The translations under genes were made by a program, and so were the position numbers. Below, in pieces: positions 55,973 through 64,000 of a stretch of 64,000 nucleotides of DNA. The DNA is from a virus, in IMG/VR virus record IMGVR_UViG_3300014208_000005, positions 29,941-93,940 of that record; one strand, given 5' to 3'. Numbering within the stretch: position 1 is the first letter of the stretch; each line of letters starts with the position of its first letter. Below the pieces are notes generated by a model, which was given only the letters and a program-made list of their open reading frames with translations, was not told the origin of the DNA and searched no databases.

Positions 55973-56628
55973 TGAAAAAGATTATCACACTATTGATGTT
56001 GCTAATGATTACATTTGCAGCATTTTCACAAGAACCTGAATCTGTTATTATTGGAAATCAGATTTGGATGAAGAACAACCTTAACGTCGGGTCGATGGTT
56101 ACAACGCCACAAACGAACAATAACGTCGTCGAGAAGTATTGTTATCAAAACAACCCGGCAAACTGTAATCTGTACGGAGGTTTGTACAATTGGGAAGAGG
56201 CGATGAACTACATGACAGAAGAAGGTGTGCAAGGGATTTGTCCTGACGGATGGCGTTTACCAACAAATGACGACATTGAAGAGCTTTATACTTTCCTCAA
56301 CGGAAAAGAAACGTGTGCTCCAGCATTAAAGAAAGTTGGGAAGTGGGAATTTGCAAGAGCAACGTGCACCCCTCAGCCAAATAATTTAAGTGGTTTCTCC
56401 GCAATTCCGTCTGGAACCAGAACTTCATGGGGTACCTTTATGGGAAACACAGTCACAGCTTTGTGGTGGACATCTACTAAAGTTGAAGGAACAACTCCTA
56501 CAAATGAGGCAGCTTGTTATTTTGGAGTAAGGTACTGCAGTTCAGACATTAAAGCTGGAATTGGAAATCAATTCTTTACGCACCCAACAAAAGCTCAAGC
56601 CATCTCAATCAGGTGTATTAAAGAATAA
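55972..56628 (+). CDS. Secreted Fib_succ_major (FISUMP) domain protein
   Basis: Signal peptide ending AFS-Q; IGNQIWM..NL, YGGLYNW, CPDGWRLPT, SGFSA.P.G, WWTS, SIRCIK. Confidence 0.85.
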   Translation: MKKIITLLMLLMITFAAFSQEPESVIIGNQIWMKNNLNVGSMVTTPQTNNNVVEKYCYQNNPANCNLYGGLYNWEEAMNYMTEEGVQGICPDGWRLPTNDDIEELYTFLNGKETCAPALKKVGKWEFARATCTPQPNNLSGFSAIPSGTRTSWGTFMGNTVTALWWTSTKVEGTTPTNEAACYFGVRYCSSDIKAGIGNQFFTHPTKAQAISIRCIKE

Positions 56629-56641
56629 CAAAAAATATTAC

Positions 56642-56672
56642 TTGCTTTCGTCTTAATTTTACCTTATCTTTG
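56642..56672 (+). promoter_or_regulatory. Bacteroidota sigma promoter directly abutting lysozyme start
   Basis: TTG (56642) ... TATCTTTG (56665-56672); ATG at 56678. Confidence 0.7.
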
Positions 56673-56677
56673 CAAAA

Positions 56678-57142
56678 ATGAAGACTAGCCCCAAAGGAGT
56701 TGAATTGATTAAACATTTTGAAAGGTATCAACCAAAAGCCTTAGCTAATAGCAATGGGGTTATGTACTATGGTTATGGGGCAAAAAGACATTACGATGGA
56801 ACGACAATTAAATACGGAGAAACAATTACAGAAAAAGAGGCAAAAGATTTATTGTTACATGACTTAAGTTTTCTAGAGAAAAGAGTTTCCTCCCACTTTA
56901 AAGTTGTTGACCAGGATCAGTTTGATGCACTCATGAGTTTTTCGTACTCCGTTGGCTTTGGTTTCTTATTGTCGAGTAACCTCAGGAAAATGATTCTAAG
57001 GAATGTTAAGGATGAAGCAATAGGATTAGAATGGGTGAAGTGGTCTTACGATGGAAAATACAAATTAAGGCAGTTGATTAAAAGAAGAAAAGCAGAGTAC
57101 GTTTTATTTAGTACAGGAAATTTAGACTTTACAAATGAGTAG
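56678..57142 (+). CDS. GH24 phage lysozyme-like protein with altered catalytic motif
   Basis: GVELIK.FE, GYG, Q.QFDAL.SF.Y..G, L..RRKAE..LF. Confidence 0.75.
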   Translation: MKTSPKGVELIKHFERYQPKALANSNGVMYYGYGAKRHYDGTTIKYGETITEKEAKDLLLHDLSFLEKRVSSHFKVVDQDQFDALMSFSYSVGFGFLLSSNLRKMILRNVKDEAIGLEWVKWSYDGKYKLRQLIKRRKAEYVLFSTGNLDFTNE

Positions 57143-57223
57143 AAACAAGAATAAAATATCACCAACACAGCGTTATGACGTATTTATGTCATGGTTGTCT
57201 TGGTTTAAAAGTAGGAGGAAGTG

Positions 57224-57613
57224 ATGAAGAGAAGTGATATTGGAGCGTTTCAGGAGCAACAACCTAACGGCAAGATTGCAACCAGTTGGACGCGTATTAC
57301 GTTAACAGTTCCTTTACTAATGGCTGTAGCGTATTTGTTTTTTGTATTGTGGGAACATCACACACAATTTAATACAATTCTAGATTTCCTTAAAGCTGGG
57401 ATTATTGATAAAGGATCTTTCGTAGCTATTTCATCTGTTTTAAAAACGGTTGATTATGTTGTTCTTGGCTCCTTATTAAGCATTACTTTTGGAGTAAAAC
57501 TATTTCAGAAAGGTCAAGAAAATAAGGCTTTAGACAACGAGATAAAGGAAACTCCAACAGAAGTAAAATTAGAACAATTAAAAACGGAGGCAAATAATGT
57601 CACGAATCCTTAA
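57224..57613 (+). CDS. Putative holin
   Basis: G..ATSWTR then two to three hydrophobic segments and a charged C-tail, next to lysozyme. Confidence 0.6.
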   Translation: MKRSDIGAFQEQQPNGKIATSWTRITLTVPLLMAVAYLFFVLWEHHTQFNTILDFLKAGIIDKGSFVAISSVLKTVDYVVLGSLLSITFGVKLFQKGQENKALDNEIKETPTEVKLEQLKTEANNVTNP

Positions 57614-58232
57614 CTACATTCTTGGAGCTTTAGCTCTATTTTTATTAATAATGTTTATCGCCGCTAAGTGCAGTGATTCTAAGCACATTAAGGAGAACGC
57701 CTCACTTAAGAACGAATTATTCGCATGCCAGAATGCTCCTGTAAAGAGTGACACAGTTTTTATTTATGACACAATCGTTGAGTACAAATACATTAAACCC
57801 AAACCATCTTCAAAGCCAAATGACGAACCAGGATTACCATCCGTTACCACTACTGGATGTGACAATACGAAGGCCGTGTACTACTCAGAAACATTCTCGA
57901 AACAAGGAGCAAAAATCCATTGGGAGGCGCTTACTGGTTGTGAGAATGATTCTGCAATTATTCAGTACATTAGATTTCCTGAAATCATTGTTCCAAAAGA
58001 AATCATCACCAATACTAAAACAGTAACAGTTGAGAAAAAAGTCGAAGTTCCAGCAAAGATTAGAAGTAAATTTATGGTTTATGGCGGAACGTTTGCGAAT
58101 AATCTGTCAAGCTTTCCTGGGCTAGAACTTGGGATGGGATATTTACACAAGCAGGCATGGGGGATTACAGCTGGTCCAATGTACAACGATAAGAAAGTTT
58201 ATGGTTCATTAAAAGTTTTTGTAACATTTTAA
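57597..58232 (+). CDS. Putative spanin-like protein
   Basis: N-terminal TM/lipobox-like Cys, short coiled coil, DTV..YDT stalk, C-terminal amphipathic beta strands ending in Phe. Confidence 0.55.
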   Translation: MSRILNYILGALALFLLIMFIAAKCSDSKHIKENASLKNELFACQNAPVKSDTVFIYDTIVEYKYIKPKPSSKPNDEPGLPSVTTTGCDNTKAVYYSETFSKQGAKIHWEALTGCENDSAIIQYIRFPEIIVPKEIITNTKTVTVEKKVEVPAKIRSKFMVYGGTFANNLSSFPGLELGMGYLHKQAWGITAGPMYNDKKVYGSLKVFVTF

Positions 58233-58242
58233 ATTTAATTTG

Positions 58243-58632
58243 ATGGATACTATTAATGTTAAAAAAGATATTCTAAGGAGTATTTATTCTGCAATTTCAG
58301 GTTTGTTCAAACAGGCGTTAATTGCGAAGTCAACCGCTCTTGCTACAAATTTGGTAATTAAAGCTGGACCTGGAACTCTTTACAAGTTAGTTGTTTACAG
58401 CGATAAAAAATCTGTGCAATACATCCAACTACACGATAGTGCTACACTTCCAGGAAATGATGTTATTCCAGCATTTACTTTTTTAGTAGCTGCAGAAGGA
58501 TTGGTGGAATTACCAATTCATACTATTAAAGGACTTAATTTCACAACTGGCATCGTAGCATGCAATAGTTCTACAGCAGCAACAAAAACTTCAGGATTGG
58601 CTGATTGCTGGTTCCACGCACTTTATGTCTAA
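58243..58632 (+). CDS. Small beta-sandwich virion protein
   Basis: VIKAGPGTLY...YIQLHD...GL.FTTGI motif. Confidence 0.55.
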   Translation: MDTINVKKDILRSIYSAISGLFKQALIAKSTALATNLVIKAGPGTLYKLVVYSDKKSVQYIQLHDSATLPGNDVIPAFTFLVAAEGLVELPIHTIKGLNFTTGIVACNSSTAATKTSGLADCWFHALYV

Positions 58633-58644
58633 AACAAATAAACG

Positions 58645-59349
58645 ATGAATCTGACACTCAACGCGTTAGCTTATGACCTTCATCTCACAATTCGTAATGG
58701 TCGAATAGTCGATGATGATGATTTGGATATCCGACAGATTAAGTTTTGGATTCGTAATAATCGTGCTGTTTGGATAAAGAATGAATTAACTAAAGGCAAT
58801 CCTATTCCACAACGTTTTATTCAAGACATGGGATGTGTGGAATTAGAAAAATCAGACATAGGGATTTGTGTTCCAGTTGGGTGCACAATTTTAAGGACTG
58901 TCTCAGAAGTTCCAAACATGATTGAAGTCAGAGGATTACCATCGTTAACAAGAGTTGGTCCGGCAATAGTAAACACAGGAACTTTCACAATAATTCCTTA
59001 CGAAAGAGTTCCTTACGTAGGCAACGGACGATTTAATTCAAATGCGATTTATGCTTTCTGGAAAGACAATCACGTTTATTTAGTAAGCAACTCCTCAAGT
59101 TTGAACTATTCTGGAATGAAGAAAGTCAACATCAGAGGAGTTTTTGCAAATCCAGAAACAGTTCCTGGTTATGACGACACAAAAGATTACCCAATTTCAG
59201 AAACTTTGTGGGTTTATCTTAAAGACATAGTTTTAAAGTCAGATGTTACAATGTTCTTACAGACAATAGGAGATGTAGTTAATGATTCAAACGACACTAC
59301 CCAGCCGCAGGAGAGCGGGCAAAGAGAACTATTACAAAGCAACAGTTAG
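58645..59349 (+). CDS. Tail ring protein (crAss-like)
   Basis: DD.D...RQIKFWI.N.RA..IK.E, Q...CVEL, V.IRG.F.NP, YPI motifs. Confidence 0.75.
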   Translation: MNLTLNALAYDLHLTIRNGRIVDDDDLDIRQIKFWIRNNRAVWIKNELTKGNPIPQRFIQDMGCVELEKSDIGICVPVGCTILRTVSEVPNMIEVRGLPSLTRVGPAIVNTGTFTIIPYERVPYVGNGRFNSNAIYAFWKDNHVYLVSNSSSLNYSGMKKVNIRGVFANPETVPGYDDTKDYPISETLWVYLKDIVLKSDVTMFLQTIGDVVNDSNDTTQPQESGQRELLQSNS

Positions 59350-59830
59350 GAATACAGACCTTTACAGATTCTACACAGACAAATACGGAACACCTACAAA
59401 AGGTGGGTGTGCGTTGCCGACGTTTAGAAGGGTCATAAACGATTTTAATTTTTACTTAGCAGAGTGTTTGCTAAAAGGTGATAAGATAGAACTTCCTCAT
59501 AGACTGGGAAGTTTATCTGTTATTAAGAAGAAACAAAGAATAAGATTACGTTTTGATAACACAATTGATACGAAATTCTTAATAATAGATTGGCCTAAGA
59601 CTTGGGAATACTGGAAAAAGAATAGTGAAGCAGCTTTAAAGAAGAAGTTGCTTTATTACATGAATGATCATACTGATGGATTTAGATACAAATTCTTCTG
59701 GGATAAGTACGGAATTAACTCTGAGCACATCAGATTTTTTTCATTTAAACCATCTCGTTTATTGAGCAGAAGACTCCCAGAAGTTTTAGCTGACGAAGAC
59801 ACAATTAAAAATTACGCAGAATTATGTTAG
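59282..59830 (+). CDS. IHF/HU-like protein (crAss-like)
   Basis: F..VI..FN...LPHRLG.L.V.K...IDW.KT...N.HTDG..Y.F.W...F.P.R motif. Confidence 0.75.
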   Translation: MIQTTLPSRRRAGKENYYKATVRNTDLYRFYTDKYGTPTKGGCALPTFRRVINDFNFYLAECLLKGDKIELPHRLGSLSVIKKKQRIRLRFDNTIDTKFLIIDWPKTWEYWKKNSEAALKKKLLYYMNDHTDGFRYKFFWDKYGINSEHIRFFSFKPSRLLSRRLPEVLADEDTIKNYAELC

Positions 59831-60621
59831 ACGGAAGATACGTAAGTTCAAAAGCAATAGTCGAAGCAGTATTAAGAGACTATTCATTCAGGCCAACTGA
59901 TGTTGACATTGAAGCTATGAAGGAACACATTTTTGACGCGATGTTAAAGATTGGTGTTCCTACTGCATTTAAAGACGAAGTTGATGTAATTCAAATCACA
60001 GACTACATCGGAGAGTTACCTTGTGGCTTAATTGACATTCATCCTGGGATGGTTAGAATGCACGGAACACAAAGACCTTTAATATGGTCCAGTGACCGGT
60101 TCTACTCAGTTCATATGCCCGTTGAGACTCAGACAAACTCTCCTGACATTAATGACCCTTATTACACAGCGTATTCTGATGCTCCTACCATTATGGACAA
60201 AGATACTTACGCTCAATATTACACGTACTATCTTAACGACAATTACATCTTCACGAATTTTAGCGACGGCTATGTTGATATTGCTTACAAAGCTTTTCCT
60301 GTGGAAGATTGTTGCGGAGAACAGTGGCCTTTAGTTCCAGACAATGTTCGTTACATCGAAGGAGTACGCACCTACTGTGCTGAGAGGATTGGGTTTAAGG
60401 CATGGATGAGGGGGGATATTACAGACAAGGTTTATCAGAAATTAGAACAGGATCGTATTTGGAATATTGCATCAGCTAATACTGCCGGAAGAGTTCCGTC
60501 ATTAGACCAAATGGAAAGTCTCAAGAATCAATGGTTAACTCTCAATCCTGATTTACAGCAGCATTCACAATCATTTCGTTATCTTAATCGTCGTCAACGT
60601 ATTAGAACACACACATCATAA
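59824..60621 (+). CDS. Tail ring/tubular protein (crAss-like)
   Basis: YVS...I, I.DY.G.LPC, YI.TNF..G.V..AY...P.VPD motifs. Confidence 0.7.
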   Translation: MLDGRYVSSKAIVEAVLRDYSFRPTDVDIEAMKEHIFDAMLKIGVPTAFKDEVDVIQITDYIGELPCGLIDIHPGMVRMHGTQRPLIWSSDRFYSVHMPVETQTNSPDINDPYYTAYSDAPTIMDKDTYAQYYTYYLNDNYIFTNFSDGYVDIAYKAFPVEDCCGEQWPLVPDNVRYIEGVRTYCAERIGFKAWMRGDITDKVYQKLEQDRIWNIASANTAGRVPSLDQMESLKNQWLTLNPDLQQHSQSFRYLNRRQRIRTHTS

Positions 60622-63600
60622 TGATAGACTCAGCTATTAACACTTTTACTAAAGGGCTTAATAGAGATGTGAGTCCTTCAAAATATTCTTCAGAGAATTA
60701 CTATGACGCTCTTAACGTTAAGATTGTCTCTGATGAACCGTTGAATCATTTTAGCATCACCAACGAAAAGGGGAATACCAACGTTTTTAATGTGCCTGAC
60801 GTTGGTCCAGTTTACAGTTTAACGTGTGTGGGAACAGCGATTAAGTTTGTTCTATCTTTAGATACATCATCTGCATTCGTTGTTTCCCATCTCTACAACT
60901 TGCCGTCGGGATGGACTTACGAAATGCTTTACAACCAAATGGTTGTAAACTATGCTGTTCAAATTGCAGCAGGTCACTTTAAGGTTGTTAAAACGTTAGA
61001 CAGGATTATTTTTGTTTCCTTAAAGTCAGACATTGACACACTCACGGTTGCTAATGTTACAGGAACATCAACTGTCTCTACAGTCCTTCCAAGCTTACAC
61101 AATCTCCTCATTATCGGAGGATGCCAATTAAGAGACTACTTAGTTGTAATGACTGTTGGAACACCTACGGCAGACTCAACAAGTGTGCTAAGTAATGGAC
61201 AATTATGGCGATTAGAAATTGAAGAAGGGGGAACTGTGGATGGCATTCTTGCTGGCAACATGTTGGATCCGTCTGTCCATTTAATCTACAATAATGCGCT
61301 TAATTTTTCAACAGGACACAGAATTGAAGCTTACAGTAATTATGAGTCGTCAGAAGTTGGGAAAGTTTACTTTACTGATAACAATAACAATTTCAGGCAC
61401 GTAAATATCTTTGACACAAATCTGTTTGCTTTACAGCCCTATCAACTTGAGTTAATGCCAAACGTTTCTTTCGGCGATGTAACCATACTCAGTGTTGATT
61501 CTTCCGGCAACTACAAGTCTGGAATGGTTCAATACGCTTATCAATATTACAATGTTCATGGAGCACAGACTGTCTTCTCAAATCCAACAGGGTTAATACA
61601 TCTGACGAAATCTCCAGAAACTCTGGCTAATACCAAAACTTACTTTGGTACAGCTGTTGATGAGAAAGTTGGGAAATCCGTGAGTCTTAAGATATCTGAC
61701 CTTGATAGGAGCTTTACGAATGTTAGAGTCGTTGCGATTTATTATGAGAAACTAGACGGAAGTCCTGTAATTTCTGTAATACGTGATACAAGCGTTCCTA
61801 CAACTGGAGACCTTTACTTAACTGATGCAGGAGACACTTTAGGAAAGGTCTTATCAGAAGATGAGTTTATTTCAATAGGATCCCTTAATTTTAAATGTAA
61901 ATCATTCGATGTAAAAGATAACATCTTATTTCCAGCAAATATTGAAGAAAGTTTTTATGATGTTGATGAAGAAGATGGTTACTGGGATGCTAGAGCTTAC
62001 CGTTGGAATAAGAAAGCTTCTCCTGAAGCACGTTTAGCTTCATCAGATGGAACAACTTTAACTTTAGATTCGTTCACAGACGCGCTTACTGTTCCTGAAG
62101 AACATGATTGTATTCAAGTTAAAAATGATCAGCGTGTTAATTATGTAAACCCCTTATTATCTTACACCTACACTTATCACAATCAACGCCTTGGAGGTGA
62201 AGGAACAAACATTAAGTACTATTTCGATGTTGAGGCTTTAGAAGAAGATAGTGTTGCAGACACCTTAACTGAAGAATATGCAACGTTATCAAATGGTGTA
62301 TTCCCTAATTATGCTAATCCGTTAATGCAAGCGACGAAATTGGGGTACATGCGTGATGAGGTTTACAGATTCGGCGTGGTTTTCAAGAAGGAATCAGGAG
62401 CAAAGTCCTTTGTTAAATGGATTGCTGATATTAAGATGCCAGAAATTCATGAGGTTGATACTGATTGGGGGCAGCATTCAAATGGACAATGGGAATTTAA
62501 AACTTTCTCTAAAGGGAATGGAAAAACTAGTGTACATGCTTTATCAGTAATTTTTGAAATTAAGAATTTACCGGCATCTGCAGAAAGCTTTGAAATTGTA
62601 AGAGTTAAAAGGGAAGAGTGGGATAAAAGTATTTTGATGCAAGGGATTTTATCTCCATGCAGAGTACTCACGAACAGTTATTACAATCCAGCACAAACTG
62701 TAGGAATATTAGCAGCAGCTGGAGGAGTTAAAATACATCAATTCATTTCACCAGAGGTTAGTTTCTTAAGAAAGATCGTGCAGTCAGGAGAATTGCAGAT
62801 TGTTGCATGTGGAAATAAGGAGAATTATTTATCTCTGCCTTTAGACATCACTAAAGTCGATAACTTACAGATTGTCACAAACCAGCTTTATCAAACCACG
62901 CCAATAATTGAAAGTCAGATTATTCCTCCAGGACAGGCAGCAAAATATGTTATTAATGGAATGCCTTTTCAGAATTATCGTTATGGTGGGTCATCAACAA
63001 CGATAGCTGGTTATGGAGGGAGTCATTTGGTTGTAACAACTAACGATACAATTACTTACAATGCAGGATTAGTTGCAGGAGGGTTTAATGATGGAGTGGC
63101 TTTAACGAACATTGTTCATTCATTATCTTCACAGTACGGTGGAAATACTTACTCAGATAGGTCTGTAAATAAATACATGCCTTGTTATCAAGAGCAGTCA
63201 GAGAATCTTGGAACAACAACCGTACAAGTTTACGGCGGTGATACTTTCATTGGGCATTTTAACTGTCTTTATGGAGCGTTCGATAACGCTGGTGGCAGTA
63301 CTACGTTTAACTCTTATGCTGCGTTAACATTTCCAGTTGAGACTTCAATTAATCTGGCACTGCGTCACGATATTAGTTCTCCATTTAGAAACACAGGATT
63401 GAGCTACTATTATCAAACTCAAGAAGTTGCCGGAACTTACAATACAACTCTTTATGGAACACATGATTTTGCTCAACAAACAGACCTTTATCTTTACAAT
63501 ACCGTCTATTCGAAGCAATCAGACATTATTCCACATTTCCCAAAACCAATCAACTTCAGCAACAACAAAGTATTTGACACAAGAATTCTCTCCAGCAATC

Positions 63601-64000
63601 CTAAAATAAGGAATGAGGAAGTTGACTCTTGGCTGTCTTACTTCGCGACAAATTACATTGATGTTGACTCAACTTATGGGCCAATCAACAAGGTCAAAGT
63701 TCACAAACAACGTTTGTACTTCTTTCAGGATAAAGGTGTTGGTTGGGCATCAGTAAATGAACGTTCGTTGTTAAACAATCAGGAAACCACATTATCATTG
63801 GGTAAAGGTGGAATTCTTGACCAGTATTTCTATACATCAAGACACAGCGGAAGTAAGCATCAGTTTTCTGTATTAGAAAGCCCAGCAGGAATGTATTACT
63901 ACGATGCTGTTAACAATAGGATAAATATCCTTAACGAAGAACAAAGCTCTCCTGTAAGTGAGCTAAAGGGCTTTAGCAGCTATCTGAAGCAGATGGGTCT
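60621..64000 (+). CDS. Large tail muzzle/stabilisation protein, truncated by window end
   Basis: Not in ORF track (no stop in window). Starts MIDSAINTFTKGLNRD...YYDALN; contains VYFTD.NN..R..N, G..QYAYQ.Y, GYMRDEVYRFGVVF, YGGDTFI motifs. Confidence 0.8.
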   Translation, partial: MIDSAINTFTKGLNRDVSPSKYSSENYYDALNVKIVSDEPLNHFSITNEKGNTNVFNVPDVGPVYSLTCVGTAIKFVLSLDTSSAFVVSHLYNLPSGWTYEMLYNQMVVNYAVQIAAGHFKVVKTLDRIIFVSLKSDIDTLTVANVTGTSTVSTVLPSLHNLLIIGGCQLRDYLVVMTVGTPTADSTSVLSNGQLWRLEIEEGGTVDGILAGNMLDPSVHLIYNNALNFSTGHRIEAYSNYESSEVGKVYFTDNNNNFRHVNIFDTNLFALQPYQLELMPNVSFGDVTILSVDSSGNYKSGMVQYAYQYYNVHGAQTVFSNPTGLIHLTKSPETLANTKTYFGTAVDEKVGKSVSLKISDLDRSFTNVRVVAIYYEKLDGSPVISVIRDTSVPTTGDLYLTDAGDTLGKVLSEDEFISIGSLNFKCKSFDVKDNILFPANIEESFYDVDEEDGYWDARAYRWNKKASPEARLASSDGTTLTLDSFTDALTVPEEHDCIQVKNDQRVNYVNPLLSYTYTYHNQRLGGEGTNIKYYFDVEALEEDSVADTLTEEYATLSNGVFPNYANPLMQATKLGYMRDEVYRFGVVFKKESGAKSFVKWIADIKMPEIHEVDTDWGQHSNGQWEFKTFSKGNGKTSVHALSVIFEIKNLPASAESFEIVRVKREEWDKSILMQGILSPCRVLTNSYYNPAQTVGILAAAGGVKIHQFISPEVSFLRKIVQSGELQIVACGNKENYLSLPLDITKVDNLQIVTNQLYQTTPIIESQIIPPGQAAKYVINGMPFQNYRYGGSSTTIAGYGGSHLVVTTNDTITYNAGLVAGGFNDGVALTNIVHSLSSQYGGNTYSDRSVNKYMPCYQEQSENLGTTTVQVYGGDTFIGHFNCLYGAFDNAGGSTTFNSYAALTFPVETSINLALRHDISSPFRNTGLSYYYQTQEVAGTYNTTLYGTHDFAQQTDLYLYNTVYSKQSDIIPHFPKPINFSNNKVFDTRILSSNPKIRNEEVDSWLSYFATNYIDVDSTYGPINKVKVHKQRLYFFQDKGVGWASVNERSLLNNQETTLSLGKGGILDQYFYTSRHSGSKHQFSVLESPAGMYYYDAVNNRINILNEEQSSPVSELKGFSSYLKQMG

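Noticed and set aside
55972-56628. Diversity-generating retroelement targeting the FISUMP or fibre genes
   Set aside because: No reverse transcriptase and no adenine-variant template/variable repeat pair seen in the window.
57748-58026. Embedded o-spanin within the spanin-like gene
   Set aside because: The nested ORF has no hydrophobic signal or lipobox.
1-64000. Stop-codon reassignment (TAG or TGA), known in some crAss-like phages
   Set aside because: All hallmark genes are full length in code 11, TGA/TAG stops are tightly coupled to downstream starts, and no suppressor tRNA was seen.
1-64000. CRISPR array or mini-array
   Set aside because: No run of three or more identical 25-40-nt repeats with unique spacers; the 23-nt repeat has two copies flanking a gene.

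Overview
This window is a 64-kb segment of a large crAss-like phage (order Crassvirales) infecting a Bacteroidota host, read in the standard genetic code. The left arm (1 to ~28.6 kb, minus strand) is the early/replication module. It has an rIIA/rIIB-like pair, a PD-(D/E)xK nuclease, primase, an SSB-like protein, an AAA ATPase, DnaB helicase, a putative helicase loader and family-A DNA polymerase. It also has many small accessory ORFs, including six paralogous SH3/KOW-like modules, separated by long structured intergenic hairpins. A mostly non-coding strand-switch region (~26.6-29.3 kb) carries a boxA-like motif, phased operator palindromes, IHF-consensus sites, a 23-nt direct repeat and G-run/AT-rich tracts. 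The right arm (29.3-64 kb, plus strand) is the virion module, driven by Bacteroidota TAnnTTTG promoters. It runs HU/IHF-like protein, terminase (large subunit with a LAGLIDADG intein), portal, exonuclease, scaffold, major capsid, GIY-YIG homing endonuclease, an atypical tRNA-Met(CAT), then ring/capsid-accessory/fibre proteins. It continues with a signal-peptide-bearing fibre-like protein containing a metallophosphoesterase, a lysis region with two endolysin types, and a large tail 'muzzle' protein cut off by the window end. The most unusual signals are: an orphan RiPP-precursor-like peptide; an RNA hairpin whose loop is antisense to a consensus Bacteroidota start codon; Sec/Q-rule signal peptides on virion-module proteins; and a boxA-plus-hairpin set suggesting antitermination or processing of the early operon. 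All product calls come from motif recognition and synteny by eye; no searches were run.
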